Positions 1-11,004 of a stretch of 64,000 bases of DNA are shown piece by piece. Numbering within the stretch: position 1 is the stretch's first letter; each line of letters starts with the position of its first letter. A program made the position numbers and the translations under genes. This DNA comes from an uncultured Desulfosarcina sp. (GTDB lineage: Bacteria; Desulfobacterota; Desulfobacteria; Desulfobacterales; Desulfosarcinaceae): positions 352,001 through 416,000 of the forward strand of contig CAXXWQ010000003.1 of the NCBI GenBank assembly GCA_963674945.2, read 5' to 3'. Under the pieces are notes generated by a model. The model was given only the letters and a program-made list of their open reading frames with translations. It ran no database searches and was not told where the DNA came from.

Positions 1-425
1 AGCTGACAATATTCCTTGACAATCAGGTATGTCTCACTTTCGTAATATCCTTTGTAATTTCGTACTTCGATGAGGAGGATTTTCGCATGCACCCGGTCGT
101 TGTTCCAGTTGTCCAGGGTTCTCCATATGAGCCTTTTTAATTTGTTTACGGCTCCCGTGATGGCGACCAGATCCGTATAGAACTGCTGCAATGAATTTTT
201 TTGGTGTTCGGCCAGCACATAATGGAGCAGGCCTCGTTTATCGCTGAAGTACCGGTAGATGAGCGACTCGTTTACCCCGGATTTTCTGGAAATTTCGGCT
301 GTCGTAATCGAATTGAAGTCTTTTTCCTCCAAAAGTTCCTCAAGTGCTATGGCGAGCTTGATTTTTCCTCGAGGTGTGGATTGCATCCGTTTGTAAAGGA
401 AACGGCTTTTTTCCTTCGAAGACAT
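1..425 (-). CDS. TetR/AcrR-family transcriptional regulator (3' end runs off the window)
   Basis: Manual translation from ATG at 425 gives MSSKEKSRFLYKRMQSTPRGKIKLAIALEELLEEKDFNSITTAEISRKSGVNESLIYRYFSDKRGLL, a TetR HTH. It is divergent from the catabolic operon and absent from the ORF track. Confidence 0.9.
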   Translation of the reverse strand, partial: MSSKEKSRFLYKRMQSTPRGKIKLAIALEELLEEKDFNSITTAEISRKSGVNESLIYRYFSDKRGLLHYVLAEHQKNSLQQFYTDLVAITGAVNKLKRLIWRTLDNWNNDRVHAKILLIEVRNYKGYYESETYLIVKEYCQ

Positions 426-499
426 CTAATGATTCCTACCCTCCGTGGTTTCGATAATCCGTTAAAAATGCAAATAACATTTACATCGGATCATCTCTT

Positions 500-622
500 T
501 GTCAACCGTTTATATTTATTAATTATTTACAGAATACCATCAATCCATTCTTTTTGAAAAAAACTGTTGACAGATTTTGATTATACTTTTAAGTATAGTG
601 TTACTTGCTTTTAATCAAGTAA
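500..622. promoter_or_regulatory. Divergent promoter region with putative TetR operators
   Basis: TTGACA at 567-572 (+) and 500-505 (-). Palindromes TATACTT-tt-AAGTATA (582-597) and TTACTTG-N8-CAAGTAA (601-622). Confidence 0.55.
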
Positions 623-735
623 ATTTTACTTATACCACATCAGACCTGCCTCCCGGAAGGCAGGGAGAACCTTTTGAATGTTTGTGGAAAGATGCGGTTT
701 ATATTATTTTCCATATTGAAGAAGGCGCAACAGCG

Positions 736-1527
736 ATGAAATTCCAAACGATCATTGTCGAAAAGGAAAAAGGGCTGGGAAAAATAATTTTTAACCGGCC
801 AAATGTGCTCAACGCTTACAATGAAACCCTTGCCGGCGAGGTCCTTCAAGCATTTTCCACCTTGGAAAACGACCAATCCATTAAAGTGATCGTATTCACT
901 GGAAGCGGCCGGGCCTTCATGGCCGGGGCGGATATCAAAATGATCAACGCCTGGTCCGAACAGGGCGATTCTTCTAAAATCAACGACCATTTATCCTCCC
1001 TGCTCAATCCGAACATGCTTGAGGATTGCCCGAAACCGGTCATCGCCGCCGTGAACGGCATCGCCTTCGGCATGGGTTTCGAAATCGCCCTGGCCTGTGA
1101 TTATCGAATTGCCGTCAGGAATGCCAAATTTGCCCTCCCGGAGGTAAAACTCGGTCTCGTGCCCGGCGGCGGCGGAAGTCAGCGGCTGTTTCACATCGTC
1201 GGCGCCACCCACGCCCTGGAGATGATTACCATTGGTGATCCCATCGACGCCGAAAAAGCAAATCAGATCGGTTTGATCAATCGAATGGCCGACGATGAGG
1301 CCGGCCTGTGGGAGGCTGTAACGAAGTTCAGCCAATCCTTGATGGGGCATAGTACCCTGGCCTTGGCTGCATGCAAGCGCTTGATTTACAAGGGCGGTAG
1401 CCTGCCGATCCGCAAGGGCATCGCGTATGAAAAGCAGCAATTTTGCGAAATCCTCTTGGCAGAAGATGCCAGGGAAGGAACGCAGGCTTTCCTTGAAAAG
1501 AGGCAGCCGCAATTCAAAGGAAAATAA
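736..1527 (+). CDS. Enoyl-CoA hydratase/isomerase (crotonase family)
   Basis: Motifs NRPNVLNA, FMAGADI, GMGFEIALACD, PEVKLGLVPGGGG. ATG 736 follows a GAAGG RBS. Confidence 0.95.
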   Translation: MKFQTIIVEKEKGLGKIIFNRPNVLNAYNETLAGEVLQAFSTLENDQSIKVIVFTGSGRAFMAGADIKMINAWSEQGDSSKINDHLSSLLNPNMLEDCPKPVIAAVNGIAFGMGFEIALACDYRIAVRNAKFALPEVKLGLVPGGGGSQRLFHIVGATHALEMITIGDPIDAEKANQIGLINRMADDEAGLWEAVTKFSQSLMGHSTLALAACKRLIYKGGSLPIRKGIAYEKQQFCEILLAEDAREGTQAFLEKRQPQFKGK

Positions 1528-1578
1528 CGAGGAGATGTGGCGCTGATCAGAAATTCATCACATTTTAAGGAGGTATCG

Positions 1579-3426
1579 GTGGCAGCATTTTTGGTAGATA
1601 AACGAGATCAGCTTTTTGTTCTGAACGATATGCTTGAAATCGATAAAATTTGTGAATTTGAGAAGTTTTCCGAGCATACCGGATTCGAAATGGTTTTGAC
1701 CGAAGCCCACCGGTTTGCCAAGAATGAATTTTATCCCACCCTTCAAGATGGTGACAACCAGGGGTGTGTCTACGATCCTGAAACCCACTCCGTTCTCTTT
1801 CCCGAGTGTTTTAAAAAGCCATACGAAAAGTTCAAAAAAGGAGGATGGCTCGCCATGTGCGACAGCCCGGAGGTTGGCGGTGACGGCTTTCCGCTCACCA
1901 TTGGAACGGCCGTTTCCGAAATTTTTTATGCCTCGGGATTTTACATTTACGGAGCAGCAGAATTGAGTCACGCCGGTGCAAAAGTGCTCGAGAAGTACGG
2001 CACCCAATCCCAGAAAAAACTATATATGACCCGGCTCTTTTCAGGTGAATGGATGGGCACCATGTGCCTTACCGAACCGGATGCCGGCAGCGATGTGGGC
2101 AAAGTAGAGGCCAGCGCATCGCTTCAATCCGATGGGACTTACGCCATCACCGGCACCAAAATATTTATCACGGCCGGTGAACAGGATCTGACAGAAAATA
2201 TCATTCACATGGTTCTGGCCCGTGTGTAAGGAGATCCCTCCGGTACGAAAGGACTTTCTCTTTTTATCGTTCCCAAGTTTCTGTCCGACGAAACCGGTAC
2301 GATTACGAAACGCAACGACGTCAAATGCATGGGTATCGAGCATAAGATGGGGCTGCACGGTCTAGCTACGTGCACCATGTCTTTTGGCGACAATGATGCG
2401 TGTACCGGATACCTGTTGGGAGATCGAGGGAAAGGCATCGTCGAAATGTTCAACATGATGAACGAGCAGCGTCTTCTGGTCGGACTGCAGGGCCTTTCCT
2501 ATTCTTCCGCCGCATTCTTGCATGCCGTGGAGTACGCAGGAACACGCAAACAGGGATTTTCGGTTCATCCGGACAGGCAAAAAAAAGGATCGGTGGCCAT
2601 TATCGAACATCCGGATATCAAGAGGATGCTTCTGACACTGAAGGCCCACGTTGAGGGGGGGCGGGCCCTGGCCTATTTCGCCAGCATGTGCATTGATTAT
2701 GCCGCCGTCACCGAAGGGGAAACCCAGGCCCGCTGGCAGGGATTGGCCGAACTGCTGACCCCCATCGTCAAGGCCTATCTGACTGACAATGCATGGGAAG
2801 ATACCGGCATGGCCATCCAGGTCGCCGGCGGTTACGGTTACTGCTCGGATTATCCCTTTGAAAGGCTCGCCAGGGACTGCAAAGTCTCCAGCATCTATGA
2901 AGGGACCAATGGGATACAGGCCATGGATCTGGTGTTTCGAAAAATCATTGGCAACCAATCGGTCAATTTCAATCATCTGATGGCGTGTATGGACCAGACC
3001 ATTCATTACGCTGAGACAATCGAAGGGTTGACCGCTTACGCTGCCATGGTGCAACAGGCCAGGCAGGATCTCGAGCCTGTCGTGCACCACTTCGTGGATC
3101 TTTTTGAAAATGGCCGGATGGACCATGTTTATGCCAAAGCCAGTCCATTTCTGGAAGTTATGGGAGATGTTTTATTGGGTTGGCTGCACTTGTGGCAATT
3201 GACCATCGCCCTTCCGGAATTATCGAAGGAAATTGATGAAAAGGAAAAATCGGAAGCCATCAAATTCATAAAAAAGAAGAAAAACCTTTCTTTCTACTAC
3301 GGCAAAGTTGCCAGCGCGCAGTTTTATATTCAAACGATGTTGCAGCGAACAAAAGGCAAATTGGAAGCGCTGAAATCATCATCTGATCCTGTAGTAGACA
3401 TTTTCGAAAAAGCCTTTACCGGTTGA
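1579..3426 (+). pseudogene. Acyl-CoA dehydrogenase interrupted by an in-frame TAA at 2227-2229
   Basis: ORFs 1537-2229 and 2329-3426 share a frame. The sequence reads MVLARV*GDPSGTKGLSLFIVPKF across the stop. Motifs MCLTEPDAGSD, IEHKMG, IYEGTNGIQA. Confidence 0.9.
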
Positions 3427-3486
3427 AAACGCATCCGGCGTATCAGATCACTATTTATTTAGACTGCTTACATTGAAGGAGAAAAA

Positions 3487-4341
3487 ATGAGTATCAACAC
3501 CATCGGCGTCATCGGATCGGGCATCATGGGCCATGGTATCGCACAGGTAGCGGCCACTGCCGGCATCACCGTACGACTCAACGATATATCGGACGACATT
3601 CTGGAAAAGGCCAGAAACAATATCGATCGGTCTCTGGAGAAAGGAATGAAAAAAGGAAAAATCAATCTGGACGACAAGGCAAAGATCCTCGGACGCATAT
3701 CCTTCGAGAGTGACGTAACAAAAGCCGTTGAAAACGTTGATCTGGTGGTGGAAGCGGTTCCGGAAAACATCGAACTGAAAAAACAGACGTTTCGGAAACT
3801 CGACGAACTCACTCGGTCGGATACGATTCTGGCCACCAACACGTCACAGTATAGCATCACCGAAATCGCCAGCGTGGTTTCCGAACCTTCCCGGGTGATC
3901 GGAATGCACTGGTTCAATCCGCCGGTAATCATGAAGCTGATCGAAATCATTCGTGGACTGGATACGTCCGATGCTGTGGTCGAGTCGATTCGCACGTTTG
4001 CTGCCAAGGCAGGCAAGCAGATCGTCGTGTGTAAAGACTCCACCGGATTCATCAGCACCCGGGTCCTTCTTGCCCTCAGGCTTGAGTGCTACCGACTGCT
4101 TGAAGAAGGCATCGCCAGTAAGGAGGATATCGACAAGACCCTGAAGCTGGCCTTCGGCCATCCCATGGGACAATTCGAGTTGGCCGATTTCTCCGGATTG
4201 GATATCGAGGTGCCATCCTGCGAGTCGCTGGCCAAGGTCTTCGGGGGTCGATTCAGGCCGCCGCAAGCCTTGATGCAGCGGGTAAAAGCGGGACGGTTGG
4301 GAAGAAAAACAGGACGAGGCTGGTATGATTACCAGCAGTAA
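3487..4341 (+). CDS. 3-hydroxyacyl-CoA (3-hydroxybutyryl-CoA) dehydrogenase
   Basis: Rossmann motif GSGIMGHGIA, EAVPE, GMHWFNPP, LGRKTGRGWYDY. Confidence 0.95.
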   Translation: MSINTIGVIGSGIMGHGIAQVAATAGITVRLNDISDDILEKARNNIDRSLEKGMKKGKINLDDKAKILGRISFESDVTKAVENVDLVVEAVPENIELKKQTFRKLDELTRSDTILATNTSQYSITEIASVVSEPSRVIGMHWFNPPVIMKLIEIIRGLDTSDAVVESIRTFAAKAGKQIVVCKDSTGFISTRVLLALRLECYRLLEEGIASKEDIDKTLKLAFGHPMGQFELADFSGLDIEVPSCESLAKVFGGRFRPPQALMQRVKAGRLGRKTGRGWYDYQQ

Positions 4342-4458
4342 TAATATCCAAATACAATGATATTGTAAAAATTCGCTGTTCGGATGGATTCGTATAAATG
4401 ACCGAAATCAAGGTTTGCGAATCCGTCGGATAAGAAACTTCACGGGAAACAATTGGAG

Positions 4459-5700
4459 ATGAAAACAATGAGCGATCCAGATGATCTTGTCATTGTCAGT
4501 GCCGCACGAACCCCTTTCGGGCGCTTCGGAGGCATGTTGAGAGAGATGCACAGTTCCGCACTCGGCACACTGGTCATCAAAGAAGTGTTGTCACGTACCG
4601 GCCTTCAGGGTGATTCCATCGATGAGATGTACTACGGCATGTGTATCCAGTCCGAAGCGGCATTGCTGTACAATGTTATCGCAAGGCAGGCGTTGATTCA
4701 CGCAGGCCTGTCGCCGGAAACCATTTCCCTGACCATTGACCGTGCATGCTGTTCGTCGCTCACCGGGGTCCAACTGGGACGCAAATCGATTTTGCTGGGT
4801 GAAGCCGCCATCTGTATGGCGGTGGGCGCCGAGAATATGAGCAACACGCCGGTGGTGCTCAACGGACATCGCTGGGAGACCCGGTTGGACAAACCGACCA
4901 TGGTGGACCATCTGAATCCGATTATTTACGTGGGATTTAAATCCATTGCAGCCGATGCGGGCGAAGTTGCCCTGGAACACGATGTCTCACGGGAAATGCA
5001 GGATGAATGGGCCTACAACTCCCAGATGAGATATCAGTCCGCCAACAAGGCAGGCAAATTCAAAATCGGTGAAGAACTCACCCCGGTGCCCATCCCCCAA
5101 AGGAAAGGAGGAGAACTGCTCTTCCAAGAGGATGAGTTCCCCAAACCGCACACCACCTTGGAAAAACTGGCGTCACTGAAAACCGTCTATGACAGCCCGA
5201 CGGTTACCGCCGGGAATTCGCCGGGCCTGGATGCCGGCGCCGCGGCCTTGATTATCACCAAACGATCCACGGCCGAATCATTCGGTCTTACGCCGCTCGG
5301 TATAATCCTGTCGGTGGGCAGTGCGGCCAGAGAGCCACATCTGATGGCCGAGGTTCCCGCCTATGCCATCTTGCAGGCCCTGGACCGGGCAGGCCTCTGT
5401 GTAGACGATCTCGACCTGATTGAAATCAACGAAGCGTTCGCAGCCGTGCCATTGGTTTCGACCAAACTTCTGGCAGATAACGATCCGGTGAAGTGGGAGA
5501 CGATCAAGGCAAAGACCAATCCCAATGGTGGTGCCATCGCCATTGGTCATCCCGTTGGTGCAAGTGGCGCCAGAATACTGATGACCGCAATGTACGAGCT
5601 GCGACGGCGCGGCGGCGGCGTTGGGGCCGTCGGCATCTGCGGAGGACTGGCCCAGGGCGATTCGGTCGTTCTGCGGGTGGATGAAACGTGTGGCCTGTAA
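4459..5700 (+). CDS. Acetyl-CoA C-acyltransferase (thiolase)
   Basis: RTPFGRFGG, catalytic Cys in RACCSSL, INEAFA, GHPVGASG, CGGLAQG. Confidence 0.95.
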   Translation: MKTMSDPDDLVIVSAARTPFGRFGGMLREMHSSALGTLVIKEVLSRTGLQGDSIDEMYYGMCIQSEAALLYNVIARQALIHAGLSPETISLTIDRACCSSLTGVQLGRKSILLGEAAICMAVGAENMSNTPVVLNGHRWETRLDKPTMVDHLNPIIYVGFKSIAADAGEVALEHDVSREMQDEWAYNSQMRYQSANKAGKFKIGEELTPVPIPQRKGGELLFQEDEFPKPHTTLEKLASLKTVYDSPTVTAGNSPGLDAGAAALIITKRSTAESFGLTPLGIILSVGSAAREPHLMAEVPAYAILQALDRAGLCVDDLDLIEINEAFAAVPLVSTKLLADNDPVKWETIKAKTNPNGGAIAIGHPVGASGARILMTAMYELRRRGGGVGAVGICGGLAQGDSVVLRVDETCGL

Positions 5701-5757
5701 CATCAGGCATGATGGCATATGGTCGTTTTGTAATTTCATAAAGGGAGGAAAAAAACG

Positions 5758-7419
5758 ATGGAAATGATCAAAGGTTGCCCATCTACATCAATGGATGATT
5801 ATCAGCTGAATCATACGACACTTATACGGCACGCTGCGAGAAATTTTCCGGAAAGAGAAGTTGTTTACAAAACAGCCAGCGGCGTCGAACGCTACAATTA
5901 TCAAAAAGCGTATAATCGAATGAAACGGCTGGCAAATGCGCTGGTGCAGATTGGCGTTCAACCGGGGGACCGCGTCGGTGTTCTGGACTGGAATTCCAAA
6001 CGGTTTTTCGAATCCTACTTCGCCATTCCCGGTATCGGCGCCGTACTGCTGCAAATGAACCTGCGCGTCAGTCCCGATGAACTCGCTTACGTGGCGAATC
6101 ACAGTGAAGCCAAATACCTTTTCGTCGATGAATCCCTTCTGGAACTCGCGGAGGAGTTAGCGCCCAAACTGAACAATGTTATCGCCTTTGTGGTGATGAC
6201 AGACAAGAAGCCCGATGAATTGAAGACTTCTCTTACCCCGGTCTACCACTACGAAGAAATGGTCGACAATGCACCCGATACGTACAAATGGCCGATTATC
6301 GATGAGACTTCGGCATATAGTGCCTGTTATACGTCCGGAACGACAGGCAAGCCCAAAGGCGTCTACTATTCGCATCGGTGCATATACATCCATGCCATGA
6401 TGTACGCGCTGTATGCAAGCATCAGCTGCCGCGACACGCTTGTCCAACTCGTTCCCATGTTCCACGCGCAGGGATGGGGGATATGGCAGTCCGCAGTCTT
6501 CATGGGGGCGAAAATCGTATTGCCGGGAAGATACAGCCTCAATGATGCGGATTCGATCATAGAGATGATGGTTGCGGAAAAAATGACCGTCACCAACGGC
6601 TCTCCGGCGCTTTTCACGCCTTTTTTGAGCCTCATCGAACAAATGGAGAAAAAGCCCAAATTTGAAGGGGCCAGAATCATCAGCGGAGCGACGGAACCGC
6701 CGCTGTCCACCATGAAAGGGTGGCGGGATCTCACCGGTGCGAAATTCATCCATATCTACGGTGCCACAGAGACAGCTCCCATCTGCCTTTGCAATGTCCT
6801 GAGCCCCGACCTGGAGGAGCGATTGTCCGAAGACGAGAAATGGGAACTGATGAAAAAACAGGGCATACCGGTCACGGGGTTAGACGTCAAACTGGTCGAC
6901 TTCGATGGGAAAGAAGTGCCTCGTGATGGCAAAACAGCCGGCGAGATAATGGTTAAAGGTCCGTGGATCACCGGGTCTTATTACAATGACGACCGCAGCC
7001 AGGCGTCATTTGTCGATGGATATTGGAAGAGTGCGGATGCCGGCGCCATCGACGAAAACGGCTATGTAAAAATCGTCGATCGCTATAAAGACCTCATTAA
7101 AAGTGGCGGCGAATGGATTTCTTCGGTCGACCTGGAAAATGCCATCGCCGCACATCCTGCCGTTGAAGAGGCAACGGTGATCGGCCTGAAGCATCCCAAG
7201 TGGGAAGAACGTCCCCTGGCTCTGGTCGTCAAAATGAAAGGGGAAGAATATTCAACGGTGACGGAGCAGGATATCATCGATTTTATCGCCCCAAAATTTG
7301 CCAAATGGCAGCTTCCCGACAAAGTCAAATTCGTAGCGGAAATCAAGAAAACAAGTGTTGGAAAATTTGACAAGAAACGGATTCGCAATGATTACGTGGA
7401 TGAATACATTAACCAATGA
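5758..7419 (+). CDS. Medium/long-chain fatty-acid-CoA ligase (AMP-binding)
   Basis: YTSGTTGKPKGV, YGATET, DRYKDLIKSGGEWISS, KTSVGKFDKK. Confidence 0.95.
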   Translation: MEMIKGCPSTSMDDYQLNHTTLIRHAARNFPEREVVYKTASGVERYNYQKAYNRMKRLANALVQIGVQPGDRVGVLDWNSKRFFESYFAIPGIGAVLLQMNLRVSPDELAYVANHSEAKYLFVDESLLELAEELAPKLNNVIAFVVMTDKKPDELKTSLTPVYHYEEMVDNAPDTYKWPIIDETSAYSACYTSGTTGKPKGVYYSHRCIYIHAMMYALYASISCRDTLVQLVPMFHAQGWGIWQSAVFMGAKIVLPGRYSLNDADSIIEMMVAEKMTVTNGSPALFTPFLSLIEQMEKKPKFEGARIISGATEPPLSTMKGWRDLTGAKFIHIYGATETAPICLCNVLSPDLEERLSEDEKWELMKKQGIPVTGLDVKLVDFDGKEVPRDGKTAGEIMVKGPWITGSYYNDDRSQASFVDGYWKSADAGAIDENGYVKIVDRYKDLIKSGGEWISSVDLENAIAAHPAVEEATVIGLKHPKWEERPLALVVKMKGEEYSTVTEQDIIDFIAPKFAKWQLPDKVKFVAEIKKTSVGKFDKKRIRNDYVDEYINQ

Positions 7420-7437
7420 CAAACAGGAGGAAATTAT

Positions 7438-7581
7438 ATGAATTGGGCAGCGCTTTTATCATTTTTACATCCCATGCTCGCTTGTATCATTTGCGGGGTT
7501 TGGATCCTTTGGATTCTCAAAAAAAATTATTCGAAGGAAGTCATTGATGAAAACAGAATCGAAATGCAAACCAAAGAGTAG
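7438..7581 (+). CDS. Small single-TM protein, probable accessory subunit of the downstream symporter
   Basis: AGGAGG RBS; MNWAALLSFLHPMLACIICGVWILWILKKNYSKE... (47 aa), directly upstream of an SSS gene. Confidence 0.65.
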   Translation: MNWAALLSFLHPMLACIICGVWILWILKKNYSKEVIDENRIEMQTKE

Positions 7582-7611
7582 CGTTTCAGAAACAGGGGAA
7601 AAGGGGATCGT

Positions 7612-9207
7612 ATGAATCTGACCAATGCCATATTTTTCGGTACACTTTTGCTGTATGTGATTGTTTCCTTTTATGTCACCCGATACATCAAGACATCCAA
7701 GGACTACTACGTCATGGGTAACAGGGCGACCACACTGTGGGTCGCCGGCGCATTGACGGCAAGTTACACCAGCGCCGTTACCTTCGTGGGGATCGCCGGC
7801 ATCGAATATCTGAACGGGCCGCCGATTTTCCTGCTCGCCTATGGAAGCTGGCTCGGAATGGTGATCGCGATGCTTTACGTCGGCAGGAAATTGAGAGCCT
7901 ATGGCTCGATGACCATGCCGGATTTCATTCAACAGCGGTAGGGCTCTACAACGAGGATCATCGCGACGATCATCATGATCATCGGCCTGATGGGTTACGG
8001 ACTCGTTCAGTTTATGGGGGCCGGTGTACTGCTGAGTTCCATCACGGGAATACCGTACACCTGGGTGGTCATCATTTTTGCCGTTGCTCTGGTGATTTTT
8101 TGTTCCGCGGCAGGAATGTGGAGTGTGGTTGTCAATGACACCATCATGCTGATCACGATACTCATCGGCTGTTTCGTCGTAGCGCCCTTGCTGGTGGTCA
8201 AAGCCGGCGGATTCGAAGCCATTACCACCGGATTGATGGAAAAGAGCGAACTGTTTTGGAGCTCGGGCGGCGCCGTCTACAAAATGCCCGTGGGCTGGAC
8301 CATCGGCCAGCTGATCCTGTGGATGGTATTCTTCCCGGTCGCACCATGGATCGCCATGAGAGCCTTTCCGGCAAAGGACGATTTTGTCCTCATGCGGTCG
8401 ATCGCCTGGTCAACCTTTATGGCGACGGCCGGCGTGACCGTATTGTTTCTGGGGTGCTCGGCCGTATTTCTCATCAACCCCAACATAAAGCCGGCGGATC
8501 AGGTCTTTATCTGGGCGTCACAAAACCAGGTGCCTGCCTTTTTAGGTGGGATTGGGATCGCCGGAATCATGGCGGCAATCCTGTCGACGGCGGCGTCGAT
8601 CTTCATCGCGGCGGGGTTTGCTCTCTCCAGGGATTTGTTCGAACGGTCCACTTCACGAACCCTCACCGAGAAGCAAAAGGTGCTATACGCCAGATATGCT
8701 CAGGTTTTCATCGGGCTGGTGATACTGGTGATCGCTTTGACAAAACCGTTGGCCATTTACTGGATCGGCGCCTGGGCAGGCGCTCTCTTTTGCACCTCAT
8801 GGATGCCGATGATCGTTGGTGGCTTCGAATTTAAAAAGGTCACCCGCCAGGGTGCGATCGCCTCCATGATCGTCGGCGTAGGTTCCTATGTCCTGTTATA
8901 CCAGCTGGTCAAGAAGGCAAAGCTGTTTCAGCTTCCGCTCAATCTCGATCCGGTCATCTACTGCCTCCTCCTTTCATGTCTGGTGATGTGGATCGTCAGT
9001 GTGTTCACCAAACCCAATGAGAAGGATCTGGAGACGTTTGACAGCCTGCAGGGCATAAGCCTTTCCAAAGAGGCGATCGTTGCCTACCCGTCCGACATCC
9101 TGGCAAAAGAAATCAGAACCACGAAGCTAACCGCGTGGGGACTCATTCTTCTCAGCGTTGTCTTTTTCGGGTACCTGATTATCAGGATCGTTCCTGCGGT
9201 GTCCTGA
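7612..9207 (+). pseudogene. Sodium:solute symporter (SSS family) with an in-frame TAG at 7939-7941
   Basis: ORFs 7612-7941 and 7975-9207 are in frame: TMPDFIQQR*GSTTRIIATII. SSS motifs DYYVMG, SAVTFVG, AAILSTA. Confidence 0.85.
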
Positions 9208-9275
9208 CAGACCGGTGGATATCCCAAACAGCACCTTCCGCCCGGTGGTTTGACGTAGACCTAAGTTGAGTTTAG

Positions 9276-10931
9276 CCTGTTTCCGTGGCACAAAACCTGA
9301 TTAAAACACTATAACCAATTGATAAAACATATATATTATGGTAATATTAGGGCACTAAACGCTCACTTCGGAGGTGAAATCAATGCGGCGTCCGATCACC
9401 ATAAAACACGAGATGGAAAAACTTGCCAGTCATAGCGGATTGATCAATATCGGCGCATTACTTGATGCGATAAATTTCAGGTTCCGTTTCGAAAAGATCA
9501 ACGGCGTCCATTGTGTAGACCCGAAAATTTCTCATGGTGACATTTTAGCTTCGATGATTGCTCTCATGAGTATTGGTAAACCTGATTACGATGCGATCGA
9601 GATTTTTCGTGAGAAGCAAGAATTTTTCAACAAGGCCATTGGCAATCGTGCATGCCCGTCAAGCCCGACATTGCGTCAGCGAATCGATTTGATCGGCAAC
9701 CAAGCCGATAAGCTGATTAAGGATGCAGGCGTTGATTTGGTTCGATCCTGCGCTCCGGCGATTTCACCCATCCAAACCAGTGCGGGTGATTTCCTTCCTT
9801 TGGATATGGATGTGAGTCCGTTTGACAACTCAAAGACTCAAAAGGAAGGCGTTTCCAGAACCTACAAAGGCACGGATGGCTTCGCTCCGATCTTTGCCTA
9901 CCTGGGCACCGAGGGGTATCTGGTGAATCTTGAGTTCAGAGAAGGAAAACAACACTGCCAGAAAAACACCCCCGAATTTATCAACGCCACCTTGGATTAT
10001 GCCAGGCAAATTACCGATCAGCCTATTTTGATGAGGTTGGATTCAGGAAACGACAGTCAAGACAACTTTCCTGACGATTCACGAAAGAATGTCCACTTTA
10101 TCATCAAACGCAATTTGCGTAGAGAATCTGTTCAAAAGTGGGTTGATCTGGCAAAAAAATCCGGCAAGCAACAGCATTGCCGCTCAGGAAAATGTGTATG
10201 GATCGGAAAGACGATTGAAGACATCAACGGCAATCCATTGCGCTACCCAATCATCTTTGAGGTTACCGAAAGGCATACCAAAAAGGGCCAAGTACTGCTG
10301 TTCCCCGAGTATCAGATCGATACCTATTGGTGCAGCCTCGCACAGTTGCCACCGGATGAGGTGATTCGACTTTATCACGATCACGGTACCAGCGAGCAGT
10401 TTCACTCCGAACTCAAATCCGACATGGGCCTGGAGCGCTTGCCGAGCGGTCATTTTTCCACCAATAGCTTGATTCTTCATTTGGCGATGCTGACGTACAA
10501 CATGCTACGGATTATCGGACAAATCAGCATCGAAGAGAGTGATCCGACTGAATTGCCCGGTATACGCCGGAAGAAAGTTACCCGGCGTCGAATCCGGACA
10601 GTCATGCAGGACTTGATGTATATGGCCGGTCGATTAGTAACCAGAAGTAGAAAATGGTACATATCCTTTGGCCAACTCAATCCATTTTCCAAACTGATGG
10701 ATCGGATTTATCTTCGTCTGAATTTGCTTTCCGCTATGAAGTAGCTATAATTTTTAAAAGAACAATTTTACAGGCATTTGCTTGGTGATTTGCTATGGCT
10801 AAAGAATGAGAAACAGGAGCAAAATTCCTTCGAAATTTGAAAATAGTGAGAAAAATTATCAACAAATGATGGTGTGTGAGGCAATCGCCCCGCGCCAATC
10901 CTAACAGCAAAAATTAGGCCACTGATTCAGG
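9276..10931 (+). mobile_element. IS1380-family insertion sequence, copy 1 (1,656 bp)
   Basis: Imperfect terminal IRs CCTGTTTCCGTGGC / GCCACTGATTCAGG. 5-bp target duplication TTTAG at 9271-9275 and 10932-10936. Confidence 0.95.
9374..10744 (+). CDS. IS1380-family DDE transposase
   Basis: LDMDVS, RLDSGND, YHDHGTSEQFHSELKSD; protein identical to 26486-27856. Confidence 0.95.
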   Translation: MKSMRRPITIKHEMEKLASHSGLINIGALLDAINFRFRFEKINGVHCVDPKISHGDILASMIALMSIGKPDYDAIEIFREKQEFFNKAIGNRACPSSPTLRQRIDLIGNQADKLIKDAGVDLVRSCAPAISPIQTSAGDFLPLDMDVSPFDNSKTQKEGVSRTYKGTDGFAPIFAYLGTEGYLVNLEFREGKQHCQKNTPEFINATLDYARQITDQPILMRLDSGNDSQDNFPDDSRKNVHFIIKRNLRRESVQKWVDLAKKSGKQQHCRSGKCVWIGKTIEDINGNPLRYPIIFEVTERHTKKGQVLLFPEYQIDTYWCSLAQLPPDEVIRLYHDHGTSEQFHSELKSDMGLERLPSGHFSTNSLILHLAMLTYNMLRIIGQISIEESDPTELPGIRRKKVTRRRIRTVMQDLMYMAGRLVTRSRKWYISFGQLNPFSKLMDRIYLRLNLLSAMK

Positions 10932-11004
10932 TTTAGGGTAAAAACTCTGGGGCGGAAGGTGGGCTCCCTTACCAACACCCAACGTTTGCCTTTACGGATA
11001 TATT

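Noticed and set aside
201..557. 118-aa plus-strand ORF
   Set aside because: It is antisense to the TetR gene and overlaps the promoter region.
2227..2229. Recoding of the in-frame stop in the acyl-CoA dehydrogenase
   Set aside because: The stop is TAA, which is not used for Sec or Pyl and terminates many genes here, so a nonsense mutation or sequencing error is more likely.
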